A stretch of DNA of 64,000 nt from the NCBI GenBank assembly GCA_025594325.1, contig JANHCV010000004.1:558001-622000 (forward strand). The letters are read 5' to 3'. The stretch is from Blastocladiella emersonii ATCC 22665 (Eukaryota; Fungi; Blastocladiomycota). The notes beneath the pieces are model-generated. The model saw only the letters and a list, made by a program, of their open reading frames with translations. It had not been told where the DNA came from and did no database searches. Positions 1 through 9,209 of the stretch are shown here, in pieces. The position numbers were made by a program, and so were the translations under genes. Every line of letters begins with the position of its first letter. Position 1 is the first letter of the stretch.

Positions 1-1062
1 CGCCGCCACAATCGCTTGCCGCGTCCCGTTCCCGAGCGCGCGGCTGAGGGCCGAGGGCATAATCGCTGCCGTCTCGCGCTGACGGAAGCTACATCCGCGC
101 GATCCGTGGTAAGAAAAGTCTTCTCAGCAGGCGCAACGGCGGCTGCCACCACGTCCCCGAGCACCTGGCTGCCCTGCGGCGGCGGGTCCACGATCTCGCG
201 CGCGTGGTAGGACGTCGGCGGGAGCCATGTTGTGCCGGCGACTCGATGCAACTGTGTGGAATAGACATCAGGGACCTGCGTCGCTGCCGAGGTGAGGCGG
301 CGATCAGGGTGGTCGGGATGTGCTCGAGCCACGGCCCGCGTCGGTCTCGCGAACGCGCCCGTGCGAGCACCGCGAGTACCCGGCGTCAGCGCCACGGGAG
401 AGGGTCGGGCACGCTCTCGCCGCAACAGTGCCGAGTGCATGTACCGATGGTGGGGCAGCGTTCGCCGGCGACGTCAGCCGCGAAACAATCTCGCGCATGC
501 GCGTTGGCTCCCCACCGCGCAGCGACGAGCGTCGGCGCGACTCACGACGAGCGCCGCAAAGCCGGGCTGCTGCTCCGCGGTCATGAAAGAGCGTCGACTG
601 CACGCTTCGCGACCGAGCGGGGTGGTCGGGCGCGTCACGTCGCGACCCTGATCGCGTTCGTGATGGACTCAAGCGACACGACCTGCGACAAGGCCCGCGA
701 GGGCTCGGCGTGCATGCCCATGGTGCCTGCGGTAGCTTGCATGAAGATACATTGCACTTTGTGTGTGTGGCAACCGGCGTTAGTGAGAGGGTCGGTTGTC
801 CCGGGGAGCGGCGGCGGGGATGAGCCACACGTCGAGTGACGCGATCCTCTCGCCCACCGCGGCTCGGCTGGCGCTGCCACCTCGTCGCGTTTCCCCTTCT
901 CGCTCAACCGCCCAATCGATATTGAAAATAAATGACGTATAATCGAGTGTATATTTCATCTGTCCTTCGCTGCGTTCCACTTCTCGTCTGCATGTCCGGT
1001 ACGGCAACTGTGCCGTGCTCGGCGGGAAGCAGCATCTCACAGTGAAAAAGGTTTGACTATAT

Positions 1063-1262
1063 CACTTAGGGGCGGTTGCTAAGTCTCGGCGCAAAGGGTC
1101 GCAAAGTGGCTTAGGGCGGCCAAAGGGTCGCTGAGGGTCGCTAAGGGAGGGGAGACTTTGCGCCGCGGGACCAAGGTACTTTGAGCGGCGAGCGGACTTT
1201 GGGGCATCGCACAGTGGCTTAGCGTGCCCGCGACAAAGTCGCTTAGTCTCACTTTGCTGAGG
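1063..1262 (+). mobile_element. CACTA/CMC-like transposon terminus with subterminal repeats
   Basis: Begins CACTTAGGGGCGGTTGCTAAG at 1063, followed by clustered short repeats (AAAGGGTCGC, AAAGTGGCTTAG, GGGTCGCTAAG, ACAGTGGCTTAG, AAAGTCGCTTAG). A CACT end plus a subterminal repeat cluster is the established layout of CMC/EnSpm ends. Confidence 0.55.
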
Positions 1263-1349
1263 GCCGGCGGCGGTCGCGGCCACTCGGTCCCGTTGTGCTG
1301 CTCATAGTCCGTTGAGCGTGGTGTAGAAACCGTCATGTACTACGATCCA

Positions 1350-2597
1350 TCACTCGATCATCTCAATCATCACCATCACCACCGTCGTCGCTCTCCTCCT
1401 CGCCACGTTACCGCGGCCGTGGCCGCCGCTGCGGCCCGTTGTGCCGGCCCCACGCTCGTCAAGCGGCTCCATGTTCGGGTCGCCTGCGCCGGCCGTGTCG
1501 AGCTCGCCGTGCTGCGGGATCGGGACGAGCGACACGATCCAGACAATCTCGTTCGGAGCGGGTGCCCTGTCGGCCGCCGGCGGTGGCCGCTGCTCGTCAG
1601 GGCACACGCACACGCGGTCGCGAAGAGCGCGGACCGGTACGACGATCGGCTGCGCGACGGGGACGTAGCACGCGCGGCCGAGGCCCGCCGTCTCCGCTCG
1701 CGCCTTGTCCTGCGCGCTGAGCCGGCGGTGGTTCACCGGGTACACGGCGATCGGCCACAGCGCAGCGAACACGACGCCGCCGAGCTCGAAAAAGTCGGAG
1801 ATGTAGCCGAAAATCGACGACATGGCCGGGTCCGCGCCCGCGTTGGGCACCACGAAGCGCGCGGAGCTCGGCAGCGCGGGGAACGCGCCGGGAACTGCAA
1901 ACACCGCGTTGGCCACCGTCATCGGGATCACGACGCGGACGACGGCGTCCTTGCTGCACTGCAGTGGAACGCCGGACCGCGTCGCCGAGTGGAACACGGA
2001 CGCGGCGGTCGCGGAAGGGCTGCGGTTGAGCACCATGCCGTCAAGTCGCAGCATGCGGATGAACCACGAGTACCCGGCCGAGGAGGTCGTAGCGGCCGAT
2101 CCATCGGGCTCGCGGAGCACCGCGCGCGCAAACGCCTTGAACGCCATGGCGAGGTGGTTGGGGAGCAGGCGCGCGCGCGTGCTCCGGTGCTCGACGAGGG
2201 CGTCGCCCGAGTCGGACCCCCGTCGACCGGGCAGCAGCGTGGCGACGCGCGACTCGGCGGCCACGGCGGCGCGGATCGTCTGGTCGAGCCGCTGCATGCG
2301 GCCGAAGCTTGACGGCTTCCAGATCCGGCATGTCGCGGCCGCCCGGCAGGCGGGACTTGATACCGCACACGGGCCACGGAGCGCCCTCGACGGATCCTCG
2401 GAGTAGAGGATCGTGACGCAGAGCTTGACTTTATTCGCGTCCTCAACCGTGTACGGCGTCCAGCAGGCGCGGCACTGCGGCAGCTTGCCGATGCATAGGC
2501 TCATGGCCGCGCGACGGCGGAAGAATGGGCGACGGTCGCGCGTCGGAAGGCGGAGCGCGGCGAGAGCCGGATGGCCGCTGGCATCGTCGCGGGTCAA
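1350..2597 (-). pseudogene. Degenerate CMC/EnSpm (Tnp2-like) transposase, C-terminal part
   Basis: 415-aa ORF with host-like GC3 bias. Motif order WTPY..LC..ILYSED..RGP / WFIRMLRLDG / SKDAVVRV / IFGYISDFF / PIVVPVRALRDRV / VWIV resembles the C-terminal region of fungal CMC transposases as I recall them. It reads toward the CACT terminus. No DDE core is recognisable. Confidence 0.45.
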
Positions 2598-3501
2598 ACG
2601 GGGCCCTGCGCTTCCCGATGCCCTGGGCGTTGTTCATGATGTCGATGCATAGTTTGCAGCAAGTGGTGGCGCATTCGGTCGACAAGTGTGTCGGCGGCGG
2701 GGGCTCGGTGGGGAGAAGCGGCTGGCCGGCGAGGTGAGCGGCGCGTCGCGTTTCGGGGCAGGGGGGTGGAGGTCGCGTCACGGGATAGTGAAGCGGGTAA
2801 ACGGCCGGCCGCGGGACTGATCAGCAACGTGTTGCGCCACTCTGTCACACGCGCCGATCTCCTCGCTGAAGCCGAACTTGCTGCCCTCCCCCTCCGCGCG
2901 CTTCTCTAAAGCGAGCACCCACTCCCATGGAACTGATTTTAACTCATTGAAATGGATTCTATTGCATCTGCCCCGCCGCTGGCGTCGTTCGCGGACGGCG
3001 GCGAGCCGGGCATGCTTACCGAGGGCCAGCCGCTTCTCCGTCGAGTTCTCATCGACCACCGACCGACATCGCCCGCGTACTACTATGTTGGTCGACTCGC
3101 CACCTGGCTTGACAATATCAAGATTCCAGACCTTCCTCTCGCTCCAAACGAAGGTGGTCCTCTTCCCGTGCATTGTACGGATACGAACGCGCCGGGCAGG
3201 GTTTACACGCGCGATCTCATCGCTCGTGTAGTTGAGAAGCGTGTCCGTACACGACGCAGCCGATCGACTAATGCAGCTCAAGTCGAGCTGTGCGATTGCG
3301 TCCTTGACTGGCTTGGCCAACCGCGCGACTTGCCGCCGCCTTCGCGCCGTGGAACTCGGACTCAGCCCACGAATGCTAGGCCGCCGATTGCAGCTCCGCT
3401 TGTGTCAGCTTCCGCGCTTCACGCTCCTCCGCCGACACCCGTTGCACCCCAATTCTCAGCTTCCTGCCCCGCTGCCGCCCCCGCCACCTCAGCTCGCGAA
3501 C

Positions 3502-5752
3502 ATGGCGCAGTTTGTCTTCGACTATTCACACGCTGGTTCCGACATGCCTTCTTCATCTTCCTTGCAAGCGCATCTGCCCGAACCACAGCTTGCGCCTCAG
3601 CCGACGCCAGGTCCGCGTATTTCGAGTTCGCACGCACCAAACTCGAGCCTCACCTACGATAAACTTCTTCAAAAGGTGGGCGAGCTCCGTCGCGAACTAG
3701 ACATGGCCAAGCGCGATCTCTCCCGGCTTCGGACCGGTGAGGCTCAGGACAAGGCAGAAATCGCATCCCTTCGTCGCGAACTTGAAGAGGCCTCTCCCAC
3801 TGGTCTCTCGCAGAAGGCAGTTGATCTTGCACGGAACTTTGACCAAATTAGCGACGAGCTTGGGATGCCACTCGCACGTCGAATTGTCGCCGTTCTGTGC
3901 AACCCCAAGCTGCTGCCGCGTGACGGCGTGCGCTTCTTGCACATCTCGAACCAGGTCGATGGGGAACTCGGGCATCAACCCAAGTTCGACGCGTCCACCC
4001 TCAACTTTTGGTCGTGCGTTGCGACCCACTGTGGGTACCGCGTTATTCGTTTCTTGCGGGGCCCTGGCAAGGGCGGTACTTTCGAAGACACCGACGGTGC
4101 AGTTCCGAACGTGCACGGGAATCTCCAGCGCATGAACCTCTTTATCCCCTCTCAGGACACTCTCCAGCGCTTGGCCAGCTGCGAACGAGTGCCTCCGTGA
4201 GGCGGCCGACCCTGCTGGTCAGCTTCCACCATCGTACGAGATCGCAGCCATCCTTGAATCGTTTACGCGTGCTTGCAACCTGGCTGTCGAAGCGGATCGC
4301 CTTGCGGGCGGGCGCCGCGTGCATGAGCCAATTCCAGGCTTGAACTCTCTCGTGTTGCTTCAGGAGTATCTCCTCTCGATTCACCACGCGTTTCACTTTG
4401 TCTTCGAGCAGCTTGAATCTCTTGTCCGCCAGATCGAGCTTGATCTGGTGGCGAAGAAGGACAAACATTCTGCCCAGAGCGAACGCGGGTGCAAGGCTGG
4501 CGAGTCTCTTGCGAATCACATTGCCTCTGAGCACCAGCAGTTGATGGCCAAGCGCTGTACAGCTCTGGAGTACGTCGTGACGGCTGATAAGTGGTACAAT
4601 GCTCGCAACTAGTCCGACCCGGATGTATTGTAGGCATCGCCGCTTTCTCGTCCGCGCCTCGACCATTCTCACTGGCTTTCACGATAGTCGAGCGCAGCTC
4701 CCGTTGAGTGCTCTTGGCCTTCGTCAGCTCGCTCTTGACGTTACAGAGTGGGTACTCGAGAACCGCGATGCTTTTGAGTCGGCCTTGGCTTTCATCACTC
4801 CCGCGGCGGGCAAACTGCTTGTCTTCATGGTCACTGACTCAAACAATACTTTCTCAAAGCCCGTCGGCTGCGTCTACGTCGCGAGCGAGGAGAAGTACAT
4901 CATCATGGCCATCTTGCGCTACCTTCGGTCTGTGTTCAAGGGCTGGGCTCCGGCTCGGGCACAACGCCCGCACCCGCGCCGGCGTACGGTCTCCACGCGC
5001 CCATCGACCTCGCCTGCGCCACGCACGGCCTCAACGCGCCCGTCCACCTGCCCGCTGCGGCTCCCGGGTTCCACACGCACGCCGCTCAACCTGCCGTCGC
5101 GGTCGGGTTCGGTGTCCCGCTCGCCCAACTCGGGCCTCTCGCCGCTCGCCCAACTCGGGCCGCTCGCCGCTGCCGGCGCCCATCAACAGGATCAGTTCCT
5201 GTAAGCTCAAGCTCAACTTCGAGATCCGCATGGCTTCGCTGTCGTGCAAGCAGCAGCCGCTGTCGCGCTCGTTCTCGAACTTGACCTCCCATCATTGTCC
5301 ATTGCCTGCATGATTTCCTCCCTGGCATATACTCAGATCTATTCACCGTCCAATCCTTCACTCCCTTGTTCGCGCTGATGGCGATTGTGATGAATCACTT
5401 GTGATGAAACGCGACGCGCCTCGCGTCGCACGTCGGCGCTTCTCACGAGCGACGATACGCGTAACCCTACCATGAATTCGCGACCACGCGTTCAAGCGCG
5501 CCGCGATCCACTTCAGCGAGAGCTCCATTGAGGGCAAGACGGACCACACGCTGATCGACAAGATCATCAAGCTGTTCCCCGAGGTGCTCGGCCCAAAGTG
5601 GAAGAAACGCGATCGACAAAACGTTCCCGAGGCGCTAAGGCTGTTCTCAATGGAGTGCATCGACAAGGTGCGCGAGCACCTGCTGCGCGACGTGCCCGCG
5701 ACGCCCCACGCGGAAGCGCGCATCTCGAGCGCGACCAAGATCGTCACGACCT
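3502..5752 (+). pseudogene. Fragmented P-element-superfamily (THAP9-like) transposase
   Basis: Pieces in different frames: coiled coil then RFLRGP..NLFIPSQDTLQR (cf. P-type LP..TL.R); AGKLLVFMVTDSNNTFSKPVGCVY (cf. A...LVFM.....W.QP.AY); DRQNVPEALRLFSMECI (cf. D.M.V..A..LFS). Interrupted by stops, frameshifts and unrelated sequence at about 4945-5460. Confidence 0.6.
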
Positions 5753-5760
5753 AAACCTAA

Positions 5761-6345
5761 ACCTCGAACAGCTCGGGCTCGCGTGGATCCACCTCGGGCT
5801 CGCGTTCATGAAGCTCGCGGTACCAACGTCGCCGCTCGACCCGGCCACGCGCTTCTCGCTCGTCCACCAATACACGCGCCAGCTGCAGGGCAACCTCGAG
5901 CTCGAGCTGCAGGTGCACCTCGCGCTGCAGATCCGCGACAAAGGCATGGCCACGAACCCGACCATCGAGTGGCTCCGCGCGCGGCTCGCGGCCGTCCGCC
6001 GCGGCGTCGAGGACTTGGCCTACCAGCTGTACCTCCGCCCGCCCAACGCTGCCGACCTGATCAAACAGCTCCATGGCGAGTTCCAGTTGATCCTCGTCTT
6101 GGCCTCGAACCCGGAGACATTCCTCGCGCAACTGCTCGACACTCACGGCCACAACGCCACGATCCACCAGCGCACCGCGGCCATGGACATGGTCAACTCA
6201 TCGCCCACCATGTTCGTCGCGCGCACGACCAAAAAGTTCCCGCCGTTCATGGACGTGCTCGAGCCCGTTTACTCGGGAAGCTACGACGTGCTGTACGAGC
6301 TCTCGCTCATCGCGATGTCGCAGGCCGAGGTCGCGCACGAGCAGG
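5761..6345 (+). pseudogene. MDN1: Isolated internal fragment of midasin (Rea1/MDN1 linker region)
   Basis: LGLAWIHLGL..KLAVP..PLDPA...NPTIEWLRARL...YLRP...L..EF...FVARTTKKFPPFMDVLEP matches the G..W..LGL...P...DPA / P.v..LR.R / RP / F..R....Y..Y.D...P pattern of midasin. About 195 codons only; no flanking midasin sequence. Confidence 0.75.
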
Positions 6346-6502
6346 TCGCTCAGCGCTGCCCGCGCTGCGCCACAAGTCGCTTGATTCCGTCGCGGTTAGT
6401 AAAACACGTGTATAATAATTGGCGACTGATAGCGTTAGGAACTGCTCCCCTCCGTGCTGGGCTTTCAACCCCACCCCTCCCCCATCCTACCCCTCACCCA
6501 GC

Positions 6503-6612
6503 CCAACTCAACCTCAACTCAACTCAACCTCAACTCAACCTCAACTCAACCTCAACTCAACCTCAACTCAACCTTAACCTGAACCCCAACTCCACCTCAA
6601 CTCCACCCAACC
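6503..6612 (+). repeat. Degenerate CTCAA/CTCAAC microsatellite
   Basis: caactcaacctcaactcaactcaacctcaac... directly visible; strongly C/A-skewed on the + strand. Confidence 0.9.
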
Positions 6613-7674
6613 CTTTGGCGCGTTGATGAAAAATTTATGAGCTGCGGTGTCGTGGATTATGCGTCGCGTACAAGAAACCGCGCGATCAGAGAGAGATCAG
6701 AGAAGCGATCAAATCAAGTAAGTAGAGTGAGTATGACGCGCGAGGCGCGTCGGTTCAGCGGAGCGTCGTGACGCGGCAGCGAGACGTGGCGGCGAGGAGG
6801 ACAAGCTCGCGAATCCTGAACGAGTTGCGGGGGTCGCGCGTGCGCGGCAAAAGCTCCCGAGCGACGTGAAGGGATTAGCGAGGATGGCGTGGAAGGAGCC
6901 CGACTCGGCCACGTTCACAGGGATCGACGCGGCCGCGACAGCCTGCTCGTTGTTCCAATGCAGGAAGTGGGAGCGGAGGACCGCGCCGCGCCCGCCGTAG
7001 TTGACCTCAAAGTTCCCGCGCGACTGCGCGAGTGCAACGGCGATGATCTCGAGCGACGTTGCGTCGTCACCCAGGGCGAGCCCGATGCGAACACCGTCCA
7101 CGATCGCGACCATGGGCGGTTTCTGCGCCGAGTTGGGTGATGCTCAAGCGCCTTCGCGGCCTTCTTTGAGGGAAGCGAGCGCCTTCTTCGAGATGGCGAC
7201 GGCGGACACTCGGTGGTCGATGAGAACTCGACGGAGAAGCGGCTGGCCCTCGGTAAGCATGCCCGGCTCGCCGCCGTCCGCGAACGACGCCAGCGGCGGG
7301 GCAGATGCAATAGAATCCATTTCAATGAGTTAAAATCAGTTCCATGGGAGTGGGTGCTCGCTTTAGAGAAGCGCGCGGAGGGGGAGGGCAGCAAGTTCGG
7401 CTTCAGCGAGGAGATCGGCGCGTGTGACAGAGTGGCGCAACACGTTGCTGATCAGTCCCGCGGCCGGCCGTTTACCCGCTTCACTATCCCGTGACGCGAC
7501 CTCCACCCCCCTGCCCCGAAACGCGACGCGCCGCTCACCTCGCCGGCCAGCCGCTTCTCCCCACCGAGCCCCCGCCGCCGACACACTTGTCGACCGAATG
7601 CGCCACCACTTGCTGCAAACTATGCATCGACATCATGAACAACGCCCAGGGCATCGGGAAGCGCAGGGCCCCGT

Positions 7675-8922
7675 TTGACCCGCGACGATGCCAGCGGCCA
7701 TCCGGCTCTCGCCGCGCTCCGCCTTCCGACGCGCGACCGTCGCCCATTCTTCCGCCGTCGCGCGGCCATGAGCCTATGCATCGGCAAGCTGCCGCAGTGC
7801 CGCGCCTGCTGGACGCCGTACACGGTTGAGGACGCGAATAAAGTCAAGCTCTGCGTCACGATCCTCTACTCCGAGGATCCGTCGAGGGCGCTCCGTGGCC
7901 CGTGTGCGGTATCAAGTCCCGCCTGCCGGGCGGCCGCGACATGCCGGATCTGGAAGCCGTCAAGCTTCGGCCGCATGCAGCGGCTCGACCAGACGATCCG
8001 CGCCGCCGTGGCCGCCGAGTCGCGCGTCGCCACGCTGCTGCCCGGTCGACGGGGGTCCGACTCGGGCGACGCCCTCGTCGAGCACCGGAGCACGCGCGCG
8101 CGCCTGCTCCCCAACCACCTCGCCATGGCGTTCAAGGCGTTTGCGCGCGCGGTGCTCCGCGAGCCCGATGGATCGGCCGCTACGACCTCCTCGGCCGGGT
8201 ACTCGTGGTTCATCCGCATGCTGCGACTTGACGGCATGGTGCTCAACCGCAGCCCTTCCGCGACCGCCGCGTCCGTGTTCCACTCGGCGACGCGGTCCGG
8301 CGTTCCACTGCAGTGCAGCAAGGACGCCGTCGTCCGCGTCGTGATCCCGATGACGGTGGCCAACGCGGTGTTTGCAGTTCCCGGCGCGTTCCCCGCGCTG
8401 CCGAGCTCCGCGCGCTTCGTGGTGCCCAACGCGGGCGCGGACCCGGCCATGTCGTCGATTTTCGGCTACATCTCCGACTTTTTCGAGCTCGGCGGCGTCG
8501 TGTTCGCTGCGCTGTGGCCGATCGCCGTGTACCCGGTGAACCACCGCCGGCTCAGCGCGCAGGACAAGGCGCGAGCGGAGACGGCGGGCCTCGGCCGCGC
8601 GTGCTACGTCCCCGTCGCGCAGCCGATCGTCGTACCGGTCCGCGCTCTTCGCGACCGCGTGTGCGTGTGCCCTGACGAGCAGCGGCCACCGCCGGCGGCC
8701 GACAGGGCACCCGCTCCGAACGAGATTGTCTGGATCGTGTCGCTCGTCCCGATCCCGCAGCACGGCGAGCTCGACACGGCCGGCGCAGGCGACCCGAACA
8801 TGGAGCCGCTTGACGAGCGTGGGGCCGGCACAACGGGCCGCAGCGGCGGCCACGGCCGCGGTAACGTGGCGAGGAGGAGAGCGACGACGGTGGTGATGGT
8901 GATGATTGAGATGATCGAGTGA
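7675..8922 (+). pseudogene. Identical mirror copy of the CMC-like transposase fragment
   Basis: Same 415-aa translation as 1350..2597(-). Confidence 0.45.
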
Positions 8923-9009
8923 TGGATCGTAGTACATGACGGTTTCTACACCACGCTCAACGGACTATGAGCAGCACAACGGGACCGAGTGGCCGCGACC
9001 GCCGCCGGC

Positions 9010-9209
9010 CCTCAGCAAAGTGAGACTAAGCGACTTTGTCGCGGGCACGCTAAGCCACTGTGCGATGCCCCAAAGTCCGCTCGCCGCTCAAAGTACCTTG
9101 GTCCCGCGGCGCAAAGTCTCCCCTCCCTTAGCGACCCTCAGCGACCCTTTGGCCGCCCTAAGCCACTTTGCGACCCTTTGCGCCGAGACTTAGCAACCGC
9201 CCCTAAGTG
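9010..9209 (-). mobile_element. Mirror copy of the CACTA/CMC-like terminus (ends ...CCCCTAAGTG at 9209)
   Basis: Reverse complement of 1063-1262. Confidence 0.55.

Larger units (their letters stand above)
1..3062. repeat. Left arm of a large inverted repeat (at least 3062 bp, truncated by the window start)
   Basis: ORFs lying within this interval have identical mirror ORFs with coordinates summing to 10272 (e.g. 89..370- vs 9902..10183+, 1350..2597- vs 7675..8922+). Direct reading: 1-30 is the reverse complement of 10242-10271. Identity stops after 3062/7210 (3063 c vs expected g). Confidence 0.97.

Noticed and set aside
1066-1085. PIF/Harbinger end (TTA followed by GGGG)
   Set aside because: The upstream CACT, the subterminal repeats and the adjacent CMC-like ORF fit CACTA better; no Harbinger transposase or Myb-like gene is seen.
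6503-6612. Canonical telomere
   Set aside because: The unit is CTCAA(C), not CCCTAA; the array is short, degenerate and internal.
6700-7209. Continuation of the CMC transposase into the unique spacer, which would identify the right arm as the original
   Set aside because: Similarity is too weak, and a minus-strand frame (6709..7113) looks equally coding, so direction cannot be inferred without alignment.
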